Below are positions 1 to 30,824 of a DNA stretch of 64,000 bases, piece by piece; positions within the stretch are counted from its first letter, which is position 1, and every line of letters begins with the position of its first letter. This DNA comes from Laetmonice hystrix (lineage: Eukaryota): NCBI GenBank assembly GCA_965235115.1, contig OZ249436.1, positions 18,230,001 to 18,294,000 of the forward strand, given 5' to 3'. The notes under the pieces are model-generated. The model was given only the letters and a program-made list of their open reading frames with translations, did no database searches and had not been told where the DNA came from. Both the position numbers and the translations under genes were made by a program.

Positions 1-389
1 GAAATTCTACTACAGAAACACCACTTTAAATTATGGAAAAGATATATCATCAACTTAGTAAGGAAAGCAAGAGCTCTTATTATGGAAGGGAAAAAGCTGA
101 AAATGTTTTATTTACATGTATAAGGAAATGTAATCTATCACAAGCCTTTTGTGCATTTTGTTTCCAGTATATCAGATACCGTCCAAAATATACCGATACA
201 ACCAACTTTAAGGTTGCAACACGACATAAGGACAAACAAAAACATACTGTTGACACGTTACATACATGTGACATCATAACCATTAAAAGCATTTTGAAAA
301 CCGAAGTAAAATGTATGCTACAAAAAAAGACAAAGAAAGCAGAACCAGGAATAGCGGTGTTGTTTGTAGCAAGACACAAATTCTAATAC

Positions 390-17139
<16,750 letters not shown>

Positions 17140-17344
17140 ATTCCTTTGCGTCTGGCCGTCAACACCGAAGTACTGTACACCTTTCAAAACACCCCTCGAT
17201 GAACACGAAACCAGCAGCGATGGCGACTGCGTCGTCAAGGATACGGTGCCTGCGCAATCCTTATTTCCGGTCCCATCATGCTGCAGCCATCATGGCGCGC
17301 TCCTGATGTCACATTGTATATTTTCCGTAAATGAGACTGTCTAA
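17140..17344. promoter_or_regulatory. Shared bidirectional promoter/5'UTR region of DNAI1 and FAM219
   Basis: 205 bp CpG-containing interval between the divergent ATGs at 17139(-) and 17345(+); degenerate RFX X-box-like GCAGCGATGGCGAC at 17214-17227. Confidence 0.7.
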
Positions 17345-20300
17345 ATGGAATCCTTTGAGAGTATGGAGGACAGCGGGTTTGATAGTGACCATAAACCATC
17401 GTCAACGGCGTTACAGGAAACACCAGCTAAGGTAAAAAGGCAGTGACATATAGCGCAGCGTGTGGTGTAGGCCCCAGCATAGAACTTAGAAATAGAAGTG
17501 ACTGTACTGGGAGGGAAGACCAACTCTCTCTTTTTTCCGCTTGGGGCGCTAGTAGTCTCATGTGTTTGCAGCGCCCCCCAGTGGTTATAAGACCCATAAC
17601 GTCATCTGCCTTGGCCCTAGTTCAGTTTCTAAACGGTGTCTTCCAGAACACCATTTAGTTGTCAAGTGACGCTGGCCTAGCGACTCTTGGACGCTCTGCG
17701 AAGAGGTCCGTTATCGCAACTTTGCAGCCTTCGTTTTGGTACTAAACTCCTTCCAAGGAGCATGAAATCGATTTCACACGGTCCGGTTGTTTATGAGCAA
17801 GTCGGGTCCGTAGCTCCATCAGCCATCTGCGGTGCACCGAGTGACCGGGAACTGATAAAAGTTAGATCACTACTACACTGGTGCAGGGGTCGAATTACAC
17901 GACGGCAACCACGGCAAATGCAGTGACTTCTTTAGCCTTTGCCGTGATGCCCCTTTAATTGTACCTCTAACGGCGGCAATAAAATGCCGTGCCCTTTTCA
18001 CCTCTTGCCTTGGTGCCCTTCTTTGCCTATCATTATCATTTTATCTGTCGTCAGCGGCCTTTTCTCTAAAAATATTGTTCGTAGCCTACTTGTCAGACCG
18101 CTGCCCTGGACCCTGTCTCCCAAGCAGTGGGTTCTCTCTCCCTCTTCCGATCTGACCTTGGCGCGGAATTACAAAAAAAGTAGGGGCCTATCGTAGGACG
18201 TAATACATAGTACATAATAAAAGAAAGATGTACAATAATCGAAAAGTCAATAGGCTACATTATTTTGTCCCTCTTCTTAGTACTGGTATTTCTCCTCAGA
18301 AATACTAATTGTTCAATATTTTCTTAAAGTATAGAGGGCACACTAAACCTACACCTTCTAACAGTTTTGACCCACCTAATATTTGAATTCATTGAAGAAT
18401 GTTATGTATACGGGCTTGTCAATAAGATTAATGTGTGATTTGCCTTGGTGCCCCTTCAAAAGTTTAAAATTGCCTTGGTGCCCCTCAACAGTCCTTGGAA
18501 TTGCCGCGGTGCCCTTACAAATCACAGGATGTCCAAGGCAACTATTGCCGTGCCCCCCGACCAACGTAATTCGACCCCTGCTGGTGGTACCCAAAACGGG
18601 TAGCTTCACTCTGTGCCGTCAGCGTCTGCTTGAACAGGTAGCGCGACCTACTTATGCTGTCCGTTCCGGATCAATTGTAGAAGTGGAAAATACGCACACC
18701 TGATAAACTGGGCCACCGCTCAGCACCCGCGCTGCGCTGTATTTGACCAAACAAACTGAGAATTTCACCTACTAAGATAATATCCAACAAAATACATTTA
18801 CGTATCTATTGAAGTAACCTCTTTTGTGTACTCATAGCAAGTTTCAGTGCCAAAAGTGGGCTGAAACATGACTTTGAGGCGATGATGCGCGATAGGACCA
18901 AGATAGAACCCCGGCAGGATAGCAGTCGCTGGCGCATTTGTACTCGACGGTCAGAGTCCGTATGGACGTAAGGACTAGGACTCTGACTTGTTGGAGTACC
19001 TTGGCCCAAGTGTAAACATGGGATTACCGATCGTCTAAATATTATGTCCCTGGATGCACAAATTATCAAAATAGAGCAGGACGAAGGGCAGGGAAGGTTA
19101 ATTACTGCAGTAAACTTATCTAGCCTGCACAGACAAACATGCATTTCAAACGACTGACACCGAATTATGCACTCGCGCCAGTTCAAACGGTTCTAGACGA
19201 TTGACGTTTGGCCTGGGTAAACCCAGGCCCCAATAAAAACGGCCCATTAGAAATACTAAATCACAACAATAATTTTAGAATCTATCCAGGCCTGATTTTA
19301 CAGTAATCCTCGATCTATAAAAGTATATGGCATTCACATCTGTTACTTAATCTTTTCAAAATTTACCAAAAAAACTGTCGATTACGAGGGTACGAAATTG
19401 TAACGTCGCAAACTTTGCCGATCTCCGGCTATGACATTGCTTGGATTGAGAAAGGAGGGACCTTGCTAAACCATTCTAAATTCATAATGCGCTGCGAACG
19501 ACCCTACATATTTGAGCGATAATTGGGGCAAGAAAGAGAGTTGGCCTTCCCTCCAGTACAGTTCTATGGCCCCAGCTAGCCGACGCCTAACGTTAGGGCT
19601 AACACAGTTACACTCCCTAATTTAAACCTGTTTTTAAAGCGCTAGGCTGAACGCTCATCATTAAAGGAAATCTGTCCGAAAATTGAAATAAACGCAGTCA
19701 ATTCAACAAAACTTGAGTAAAAACAATTATTTTAAAGGCCGCCATTCGTTACCACCCAGTAACGTTGACCCCGGCTGACCCTGCTCCACTAGTCCAGTCT
19801 AATGCGGCTCCCGTAGGGAGTGTAAGGTATGGGCAGCAGTGAGCGGGGCTGCACTGAGCAAGCATACACGCTGGCCCAGCTATATTTATGAGACAGCCTG
19901 CATACCCCTGTGTGACTGACGCATTGGACCAGTCCCGGTGCTCAAACTCGTCAGTTACAAATACTTTCAAAACTCAAATGACTCTTATCAATACAGTTCA
20001 TGCATTATGTTTCTTGAAAATTGCAGATAACCTGCTGCACATGTTCACAATTACTTGTGACAAATATCAATACTTTTGAAGAAATATCGGGTGGATAAAA
20101 AAAAACGCCCCGAACTTTAAACTTTAATATTTCAAAAACTATGCATTATAATTCAATAAAATTTCTCTTAGTATCACTTTATCATATTATCTCTGGTATG
20201 TTAAAGTTTCAGCTCAATAGTTTTGATATTAATTCCGTGGCGCTAAAAACAAAAATCAGTGTCTAAAAACGCAATGCCGGAATTAGGTCAAATATCATGC

Positions 20301-23300
20301 AGCTGCCAGGTGTCCAATTTGATACCTGTTTGATGCACCGTGTTGTACCTTGGGTAAAAACATTTTCAATATTTAGTTTTTGCATGTTTTACAATATGTA
20401 TCAGGGCTGGAAATATACGACGGCACTCGCGGCAATTGCCGCCGTAATAAACTGATTTGCCGCCGATGGTACCACTAAACCACGGCACACAATTGCCGTC
20501 GATAAAATCCTGATAGACTTTCTTCACATAGGCACAATGCCCCTGGCCCTGGTTTTTAGTTCGCAAACCGAGTCTTAAGATTCAAATCTTAAGACTGAAC
20601 TCTTGTTTCAGAGCTTCTAATTTGGTCCTTCAAATGAAGTCAGTCAATGAGAGACCATAACACAAGTCAGTTTTAAAATTCTAGTCTTAAGATTGGTAAA
20701 ATGACGAACTAAAAACCGGGCGCTGCAAGCGTGATTGTGAACTTAAGTCATTGAATCTTTACTTCAGAATAGATGCCCAGGGCCAAGCTCTGAGGCTGAG
20801 GAATTTAGCAATTTTTAATGGAACCAATACAACTCAAATATAAAAGAATTAACTATGACTTGAGCCGCTTCTTGAGCAGCATGTTCAGAAAAAGTGAATG
20901 AATGGATTGGGAGTTTCAGCTCTTTTGTGTTATTGGTTAATGGTGCCTTCACTCTGAGCCATCGTCAGCTTGAAAAAGTACAGTAATGCACAACTGAACT
21001 GGTAACAGAAACATAAGCAGTAATCACGAAAAGCTATGCAAGAAAATCAACACAAATTCCTAAAATTGAAAAATTAAAATTGCTGTGGTTGAACACAAAA
21101 TTGCCGGGGAGAGCTTCTGACACCACAGCATGTTTTTTAGAAAAATGCTGCGGTGAACAATTTGGGAATTTCCAGGCCTGATGTATAATGTTGTGGACCA
21201 CTAGATATAATAAATTATGTGCTATTCCTAGTACTTCTAGAGAAAAACAGATGTTTAATGTGCCACACCCTACAGAGAAACTGCAACATTAGGACGATAT
21301 GACTCAGCAGGGTTGGCAAGTTTACGGCAGGGTGGTTTTTACCAGGTGGTTTTTACCGGTAAAAACCGCCCTGCTGAAAACAGGTTTAAGGCAGTTTAAG
21401 GCATACAAAATGCCTTAAACCTATTTTTAGCACAAATAATTTCTAATAATTTGTAAATGATTGCCTTATAATTTGTAATGAGGGTCTTAAACCTATTTGC
21501 CAAATTCTAACAAATACAATATTTATAAATCCCTATAATTAAGTAGCTTGAATGCACATAGACTCAGTAACTGTTGACTCAAAAGCAATGGCGCCTACTA
21601 TCTACTGTGCACTTAGACTTAGTATGAAAGCTGAATAATGAACAGCTTATATTGTGTACTACAGATTTTTTTTCAAGCTGGAATATATAAAAATGCACCA
21701 AGCCACCAACAATACATGTATATAAAAGAAATATTTTTTCGAATGTCATTTCTACTACATTATTTTCTACTACATTATTTTATTTATTGAATATTAATAA
21801 ACTATTAAATAAAGTCATGAACAGTTTTAAAAACCTATAATGTGGCTTTCTGGTAATGTGTCTACTACAATGAAAGGCTGAACATATTTGGTTGGTATAG
21901 TTTTAAGGCAGTTTAAGGCAGTTTAGGGCGGTTTTAACCACTTTAAGGCAGTTTAGGGCAGTTTAGGGCAAGTGCCGTGCCTAAAACAGGTTTAAGGCTG
22001 CCTTAAACCCAACTCTGTATGACTGTAACCAGAAGTTCAAGGGAAATCGTATCATTATCACGTTTAGCAACACATTCGGAACGTTGCGTATTTCCCAATG
22101 TTGGGAAGATATTTTCCTATCAGGGATCGGGAAGTGCATTGGCTCATGGAAAAAGAGACCGAGAGCAGTATGAAGTGAAAACGGGGGACCGATTGACCAC
22201 CCACTCGAGTGTGAGGCCAGGCACTCTGGGTGCAACTACACCTCGCTTTAGCACGACATTGTGCTTTTGTACAATGATTTTTGTTTTTAGCGCCACGGAA
22301 ATATTATTCAAGCTATTGACTTGTAACATTAACAACTAAGAGACAACATCATGAAGTGATATGAAGAAAAATTTCATTGAATTACAATCATTACTTTTTG
22401 AAATATTGAAGTTTAAAGTTCGGGGCATTTTTTTTTTCCACCCGATATAACCAGTAAAAATTGAGACAAGAATGAGAGATGACGGTTTGTTGTTGATGGG
22501 TTCAAACGTGAGTGCTGACTGCCATGTTGCTGGGAGTAACGGCTTTTGTAGTCGCGGGCGGTCTTTAAGGGGTTTCTAGCAGTCTGGTACCATGGCGCAT
22601 CCATATCGACAATATTTTTAATTAATTAATTAAGCGTTTACCTATTTGGCTAGAGACGAGAGCACGCGAATCAAATCATGCCCTTATTTGGATTATGGGG
22701 GGCGGAGCAGTGCGAGGCAACGCATGCGCCCAATCCCGTTGCTTTCTAACGACCACCCTAACAATGCTAACGCGGTCATGGCGGTCGGTTCAGGTTCTCG
22801 GTCCATTGAGGTGAAAAATATGGGATGTATCGCCTCGTTATGGCTTATAATCAACAACAGACCTAGCACAACAATGTTATGGATGCAACAGAATGTTTTA
22901 TCAGTCCAGTGGGATAGATTCAAGATCAGGTAAGCTTGAAATACGCCGATTCGTAGGAGATGGGGACACCGCTTCGACAAAACTGGCGGCTGTAGGGTGA
23001 TCAATTACCTTTAACGTTAGTCAGAGACAGAGACTCAAGGGTGAGACTCTCTCAAATTTGATAATAAATTGCCAGTTGTGTTTGCAGGTATGACTTGAAC
23101 TTGATAAATTATGTTGGGAAGCTTTCTATTTTATGTTTTTTTTATTTCCAGATAGATGTAGATTCTGCCAGGCAAGAAACTGGGTTGCACAGACCATTGA
23201 GAAAAATGTCGGATCTGCAAAGAAAAATTGGTAAGAAAGAAAATACCCACCATCTTAAAAGAAACGTCCACTGCCAGTGTGTACAGGCAAGGCACACAGG

Positions 23301-26300
23301 CCGTGATATTCTAAGCCGTAATTCTGCGGGTCGCAGAAAGTTGAACTGTTCACACCCCGACTGTGACGTCAGTAGCATTGATACTTTGGCACTCTCGGTC
23401 AGCGTGAGACGAAAAGTGAGACTCACTCCATGTGGTTAGACAGGGGGATTCAACATGTGCTCAGTTGTAAAGTAAACAGACAGTCGTACATTCGTCTCAT
23501 TACTTCCTGCAACGGTTAAACGGCAACATGCCATGTATGGGACGTCCCTCATTTTCTGTGACAGCTTCAACTAAAAAATGCAGGAGTGGTCCATGGTCGG
23601 GACATGGATGTCGACCCGTTGTGGTCATTGGGATTGGGAGGGGGGTCGGAGTGGGACCGAAGGGCCAGGAGGGTGGCGGGCAGGCAGCCGCGGAGTGGGG
23701 CCGCGGGGCGGGCAGGCAGCCGCGCAGGGGAGATGTCAACACGTGTGCGTCACGTGGCACCGAGGAATTCCCCCCGTCCATTCTTAGTCCCAGTTCAAAT
23801 GGCATCTCAATGCGCAAGAACGGATAAACGTTGCACGGCTGACGAATTCATATCCAGATTATCGTTCTTTTCTCAGCTAAAAGGCAGGTATTACCTATGA
23901 TAGCGTTTCTGCTTGATGTTGAAAGCATTTGGGGGAAATATAGGAAAATTGTCAATATTGCCTGTAGGTTTAATACCTACAGGCAGACCAGAAAATGGTA
24001 ACGTAATTTACAAATAAAAATTGGACCCATGAATTAGTGGAGAATATAAGAAATATATATTAAAAATTACTCCAAAAAGATTACTTCCAAAGAATAGTAT
24101 CCTGGACTCATGGAACAAACATCAAATAATTGCAAATTAATACATTTTTACAAAGAACAAGTGGAGGTGAATAAGTGCACTCTGGCATTTGGACATGCAA
24201 TTTTGCTCATTTTTGCCACTTCCAAGCAATTCTGTAGAATGAAAAGGCAATTAAACTAATGTGTATTATATATGCTTGGAATCGTCTGATCATGAACTGT
24301 CAGCTGTAGTACACAATTTTAGGATTCTGCATCTATTCTATCAAGATTTGTGATAAAAAGACACACATTTGCACGTGTTGGTCCACTTGAGACAAATGGG
24401 CCCTGAGCTTTCACAGAAAAGCTGGGCCTGGGCTCGTTGTTACATTTGTATGGTTAAATAGGGCCTCAAAGAGGAAAATATTGTGTATCAAAGCAATCAA
24501 AGTATTCACAGCCCAATTCACATATTATGGGGCTAAACATTAAAACAGATGGACAAATTCTTTATTTCAATATTTCTCATCATTCCACTAACCTATCTAT
24601 ATTCTACAGAGCGTCAGCGGGAAGCAACAAGAAATAGTCAAGTTCCAAAAGAACATCAACCAAAAAGCAAAGGAATTCTAAGCAGAACAAGGTAATGTAT
24701 TGGCCTTCAATAGAACTGCTAAATGATGATGTTCTAAGATTGCTACTCCAAGAGTAGAAATGAGTGTGCCCATTCTTAGATAATAGTATTTTATACAGAA
24801 AAGTCCTTAGTTAAAAATGTTATAGGTTTCAGTTTCTCACCTTCATTTTTAATTCATCAATGTAACTGCTAGGGAAGGCATATTCAACTTCTTGATGTGG
24901 TTATCAGCAATAGTGGAAGAAATGTATCGGAGAGGGATTAATATTTGTACCAATTTAAAAATATCAAAGATGTAGCCAAAGTAACTTGGTAATCTGTGTG
25001 TGTCAGGCTGGTGGTACCAACACGAGGAGAAGCCTCCTTCATGTCTCCTGATCAACAACCCCTGGTCATGTTAGAAACAGATGACAGGTGAGTAGTAATG
25101 TTTATCCAATCAAAAGTTGCGTTATGTGAAGGATGCACTTGGAAACAACTGGGCGAATCATCCTCTTTGTGTGATACTCACTGTAATGTGCACCTGATCC
25201 CAGCGAGGGGCAGCGTCTTCCCCTTTACCTTAGTAAACCCCTTAGTACTGAGAACACCATTGCAGTTTACAGAAAGGCCCAAGTAAATCCCACTATAAGC
25301 TAGCAGGTAAAACAAGCCTGGCCCAAAAAAAACAGTCACATATTAAGATTTGTAAGGTAAAGAAAGTTTATGGTCATTCTATTTCTGAATCATAGATTCT
25401 GGTGCCCCTCCTGATTAACAGACGACTAATCCAAAATCTGGACAGTGTGACATTGCTAGGCACATAATTAAATTACTAGGTGCATGGGTTTTCAAGTGCC
25501 TTGAGGGCATTTAGGTGTGATCTGGGCCCGGTTTTTCAAAAATTCTCAAGCATTACTTAAGTAACTTTTACTCAAGTTGAGTAAAAAGCCGTTTTTCAAA
25601 ACTTTATGGTTTACTTAAGTGAATACTTATTTAGACGAAGTTGAGCAAACCCAAGGGGCTTGCTCAACTGTTTACTCAACTTGAGTAAGTCATAGTTTCA
25701 AGCAATGCACAGGATAAAACAAGAAACAAAAAGACTACATCTATATTTCGATTACCTACGTGTGTTTATGTCCATTTGACGTGTTGAAACAGTCTCTAGG
25801 CTTAGATTTCTGCCTAATCATATGCTAATGCATGACCTGGGCAGCACACTCGTGCAGATGCCTTCAAAACTGGCAGTGTAAACAAAAATGTCACGTCACT
25901 GCAGGGTCATCATCGTTTGTCAGCACCGTTTGTTATCAGTGACGTAACTTAAAGCGATCCGAAACCGCCACTAGCAATAGGGCCCATGGATAACCATGGT
26001 ATAGTGCCTTTTACCTGCCACCATCTAATTCCCACAAAGTCTGTGTGTTAAAAGTAATCCCCGATAGAAACTGACAGTTGCCCGTTTGCTCACGGCGTCC
26101 ATCTTGCCGAAATTCACTGCCGTGAGACCTTAAAACATGGCGTCCCTAGAGCCTACCCCATTCCCCCATCACTGTGTTGATCAACCATCTTCACGGACAC
26201 TATGTACAATAATGGTTACTGGTGAACTCGGACCATGGTTATCTCGGCCCATGTCGATTACATGACTTCATGTCCCATGCGTGCCCTGTCCCAGGCTCCA

Positions 26301-27544
26301 TGCCTCACCCGACACCCGAGTCAGGTGGTCAAGAGTCTCAAGTCAACAACGGGTAGCACTCCCTTGCTCCCGGCGGGCGTGCACTGGTGGTTGGACGGGG
26401 CCAGACATGCCAATTTGGTCGATCGACAACGTAGTGAAAAATCTCTTACCGGGCGCTTAAACGAACAGAAATTCGTCGCAATACCCTCCAACGCATGAAA
26501 TGGTGGCTGAAAGCTATTATTTATACGGAGAATTGTCAACTAGAGAATGAAATGTACACTGGTTGGGTCATGGATGGAGTCTGACAGTAGTGACAGACTA
26601 CGGCAGTCTACGGCCGGGGACATGGCGTGCACTGCCACTGTCAAAGCGTCGGGCTACCGTTCAGCTAGCACACCCAGGCATATCTTCACGAAGGATCAGC
26701 ACCAAGTCAGCGGTGTGGTTAGACCTGCTGATCGGTCTCCTAGTACTATGACACGGATAATCTTACTCGCAGCTCTCAGTCTAGACTCTCTGACTACCTT
26801 GTATCCTCACCCGATCTGACAGCTGGTCGAAACTCGCGGCTCTGGCGACGTCACACTTCCGGGTGACCTGACTGTTTTTGATTGGCTGAATCAATCTCCC
26901 ATGTGATAATGTGATGTAAAATGGCGCCGAGTTCATTTCTCGGCTAGAGGTACGGTACTCGTAGTTTAAGGTTGGCATTCTCGTTTATGTAAAACCTATT
27001 GACCTGCATTTATTGCTGATGTTATTCTTTATTGTATAAGGCATATGGGAAGGTATAAGGTAGCTGGATTGTTGCATTTGGCTTTAAACATGTGTTCTCA
27101 GGAATTAAGAAAGTTTGCTCAGCTTGAGAATTTTCAAAAAACGCTCCGGAGTTGTTGAGAACGAGTTGAGTAAGTATGTTGAGCAAATTACTTAAGTAAA
27201 GCTTGAGAATCTTTGAAAAACTGGGCCATGGACTTATATTATGAAAATGATGCACGTGAGATTGCACGCCTTTAATTTAAAGACAAGGCCTTGAAATTCT
27301 GAATCTGTGTAGATATATGAGGATTAACATAAAACACTGGTGACATTTCAGCGATGAGGAATTTGCAATAAATGGACTGTCGCTGTCTGCCCACAAGGCC
27401 ATCACTCAACAGCTTATCAAGGATGGCTACAACCTGGATCTGGAACCAGATGATGAAGACTTGGATCTTATTCCCCCACGACCACTGAATGAACGCTCCT
27501 GCTACTGTTGCCAAGTGGCTACAGCATTATGCTGTATCCAATAA
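17345..27544 (+). CDS. FAM219A: FAM219 family protein, 5 exons, 173 aa, C-terminal CAAX-like CCIQ
   Basis: Exons 17345-17431, 23152-23230, 24610-24691, 25007-25087 and 27352-27544 join in frame. Motifs LQRKIERQRE, SRTRLVVP, SPDQQPLVMLETDDSDEEF, QLIKDGYNLDLEPDDEDLDLIPP and CYCCQ...CCIQ* match FAM219A/B. Confidence 0.93.
17884..18580. mobile_element. hAT-like element with 6-bp TSD
   Basis: TIR CAGGGGTCGAATTAC / GTAATTCGACCCCTG; CTGGTG on both flanks. Confidence 0.8.
20402..21180. mobile_element. hAT-like element with 6-bp TSD, containing a Harbinger-like MITE (about 20545-20723)
   Basis: ATGTAT|CAGGGCTGGAAAT ... ATTTCCAGGCCTG|ATGTAT. Confidence 0.75.
21305..22017. mobile_element. hAT-like element with subterminal (GGCAGTTTAA)n repeats
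   Basis: CAGGGTTGG ... CCAACTCTG ends; TATGACT on both flanks if the left end is taken at 21305. Confidence 0.65.
25525..27227. mobile_element. PIF/Harbinger-like non-autonomous element in FAM219 intron 4
   Basis: GGCCCGGTTTTTCAAAAATTCTCAAGC ... GCTTGAGAATCTTTGAAAAACTGGGCC; flanks CTG / ATG. Confidence 0.75.
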
Positions 27545-28764
27545 TGTTCCATTTACGCTAACTTGACGATAATGATATATAATAGTATTTAAGAATGTAA
27601 CAAACAAAGAAAGGAATGATGATATAAGTTTTGTATGGTGCATGTTTGCAGGTGGGGCTAGGGGGATGTAAGGAGCCCTCAGTGCCTTGTAGATATAATA
27701 ACAAAACTGGTTCTTTTCATTTTTACGTTGACGTTAAAGGTTATCAGAGAGGCAGATATAGCAATTTTTCTAAGCACCAGAGCTTGTTGGAATGTGTAAT
27801 TGTACAGAGTAAACTGTGGATGGCTGTACCATTATGTACCAGTATATCCCTGGTAAAGCCAAGAAAAGGCAGTAAGTTGTGTCTTAACTTTCTTCACTGT
27901 TGGATAACAATCTCCAGTATAATGTATAATAGCTTTTTATAATTTTTCTCTTGATTTTAGCTTAATGCATTCATGTTTAACACGTGCAGAAATTGCAAAC
28001 TGGTAATAGCAACACTGGATGGAGAAAGTTGCAGGTAAAAGAAGCAAGGGGGCCACATTGCCAACAGGTTAAGGTATGTGTCGGGTCTGGTAATCCACAC
28101 AGTACATATCTCTGATATAAATTTTCTTTTGTAAAGAGTTTTTAAAATGGAAGAGGCAGCCTTGCAGCAGAGGTGTGGTGGCTGTCTTCAACACAACCAA
28201 AGTAAACCATACTGGAGTAATCAGTATATCATCAAAGTATGTATACGATGAAATTATGAGGTTGCGGGGGTTTATTTCCGTGCTTGAGGAGCATTTATGA
28301 AATAATCAGTCTTGCCCTCCTGCTGCAGTATTGCATCAGGAAACTGGTTTTTAGATTTGCCCAGTTGGTTTGCCTGGGCACCCATTTTGCTGATGTTTCT
28401 GTATTCATAGTTGCAGGGATTAGGTTGTTGTATGAATTATGTCATTCTGGAATTCCCCTCCACAATTATTATTTGTGGTCTCCATTTCTAAAGCGGTAAG
28501 TGCCTCATAGCAATCCAAACAGACAGTGATGAGACATAACGGAGGCATTTAGTAATATGTAGAGGTGTTTCATAAAAATGTTGTGATAAATATGCTGATG
28601 GACGGGGCATAAACACCATGACATTTTATTCTTATTCTTTTTATGATGCAGGACAGAAATATCTCATAATTATTTTAATCTTTGCGAGAGTTTGTCATTT
28701 AAAATCTTAAAAGCTCAGTGGCCCCTCAGGCTCATGACCACAGCCTATCTTACCTTTGGGTTGA

Positions 28765-28890
28765 TGTGATAAGGTTTGTCAGTTACCCGCTGTAAGGTCG
28801 GTGGTTTTCCCTGGGAGTCGCCAGTTTCCTCCACCGGTAAAACTGTCTTGGAATGACACTGCCTGTTGCAAGGCGTAACCCCCCAATCCA
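28765..28890 (+). mobile_element. SINE fragment (Meta-domain-like central/3' part)
   Basis: gataaggtttgtcagt...ggtcggtggttttccctgg...cagtttcctccacc...aaaactg resembles the conserved body of widespread molluscan SINEs (from memory). Confidence 0.6.
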
Positions 28891-30824
28891 AAATCCACTT
28901 TGAAATATTGGAAAAGTTTGGTATTCACTGTTCTGAGCAGACAGTTTTCAAACAAGTATGCTTAATTTGGGTACCATGAGAGCATAAATGGACTTACACT
29001 TGTGTCATCACGTTACCGTTTCTTATAGGTGAAAATTACAAACGTTCTTTCTAGTTAGAGCGTTATGATTGACAAACAGTTGGGGGGGGGGACATACCAA
29101 CACCTTTTGAAGATGACGTGATGCACCATATCTTACACAGTCATTTTGTATATGAAGTGCAGTAAAATGCAGCAAATTTACACTTTATTTAGTATAGAAA
29201 TGGTCTCGTCAGGCTTCAGTGGGTGTCTTTGAAGAACAGTCAATTGGCTTCCACACTTCTGTGATACTTAGGACTTACGTTATGTTGCTACTTCTCGCTT
29301 TACTGTGAAATTGTTGAATAATGATGAGCAAACATGTAGCGAATGTATTGATTACATTTCGATTGTCGATATGTTATTTGACTTGTAGAATAATCAGTAG
29401 TGGTGAAATCATCAGCTAGTCAGCTATTACCAGGAGTAATTCTTTCAACTATTTTGTAACATTCCAAAATTGGTAGTCCCAGGTCCTTCTGTTCTATAGT
29501 GTGTCGATTTGTTATTATTACTTTTGTGTTATAAGTATCATATATTTTGAATAATATTCCAGAAGGAATGGCAATATGTTTTAGGGTGTGTAGGATGCTA
29601 AATGTAAAATGCATTTGCTGAATGAAAAATTAGGCTGAAGAGTTGACTTTACTATCATCAAGCTGACCCAGAGCCTGAAATAGTTTGGAATGTTGCCACA
29701 TCTCTAGTACCTGAACTGGAATCAAAAGCCTTTATTGGGGACATGATCATCAGCTGGTATTTCTTGTTCCATATGTTACGTGAAATGAATACATGTATGT
29801 CTTAGGAAGCCACTTAGATCTGAAATTAAGGGATAAATAAAAAAGAACATAAAAAGAAGACTAGACTTAAAACCCACGTTTGTCTGAGCCCAATCGAGGG
29901 ACACAACATGACCATGAATATTCACAAGTTAGACCATGCAAATATCACAACTTTGCTTTCAAAGAAACACAGACCTATGAGGACTGGAAAACATATTCAA
30001 AAGGATTGAATGTGCATAATCAAAACCATGAAAACGTTCCAAAACTGGTGCGACTTTCATTTTTCCTCCAAGCTTATTTGTACTGAATGTGGGACAGAGG
30101 CTTCCAAGTACATGTACCTCTGATGTCATGTGTAATTCTCAAATTTGTTCTCTATGGTGACGTATGACTCCTTTTTGTCACCTAAAAGTGTCATATTTAT
30201 ACCCCTTCAGTTATCTGAATATGCCAGGAAGGAGCCTTTCTTGAGCATTATTTTTGTTTCAGATAGGCTACATTAATTTAAATGTGACAAGAAAAGCGAA
30301 GTAATTTGTTTGTACGCAAAAGTGTAATGGAACCCCTTTTTTGGACCCCTAAAAGGGCCCTTCTTTAATAATAATGGGAGACAATTACTTTTCTTGAATT
30401 CATTTATCACTGATGATTTATAGGCCTACTGGTAGGGCAAAGTTTCAGACGTAGATCTACGCAAAAGTGTAATTGAAAGTTAATTTTTTTTTTGGGGGGG
30501 GGGGGGGGCTCCCATCCCTTAACGCCACGCCTAACTCAAGAAATAGGTTTTTTTTGTAACATTACCCCCCCCCCCCCCCCCCCCCCGCTGGTACCGCCCG
30601 ATGTTGGTGTTGAGATTGAGTTTTGGTATGGTGCGATCTCCGCTAGGGGTCCAAACAAGTAAAGTGGTGCGATAGGTGGCGCCAGCATGGACCGGAAGCT
30701 TTCACTTGACAACGGACGGCATACTCTTGATCTCCAACTCGCAGTATCAATCGGTGTGTATCTTGGGCGTGGTGGTGCACCGAATGCCAGTAAGTTCCGG
30801 GTCAGTCAAACTAAACTCTGAACT

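Larger units (their letters stand above)
20087..22445. mobile_element. Tc1/mariner-like element with long diverged TIRs
   Basis: TA|TCGGGTGGA ... TCCACCCGA|TA; inverted similarity extends about 190 bp. Confidence 0.75.
19736..22564. mobile_element. Second TTAA-targeting element inserted in the first
   Basis: TTAA|AGGCCGCC ... GGCGGTCT|TTAA; the intact copy has a single TTAA at this position (55639-55642). Confidence 0.75.
19665..23010 (-). mobile_element. TTAA-flanked Kolobok-like element split by a nested insertion series
   Basis: 19665-19735 plus 22565-23010 together equal the reverse complement of the intact element at 55193-55709. Confidence 0.85.

Noticed and set aside
22870..22935. 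Apparent FAM219 first exon ending AG|gtaagc
   Set aside because: Lies inside a dispersed transposon copy; 17345-17431 is a better in-frame first exon.
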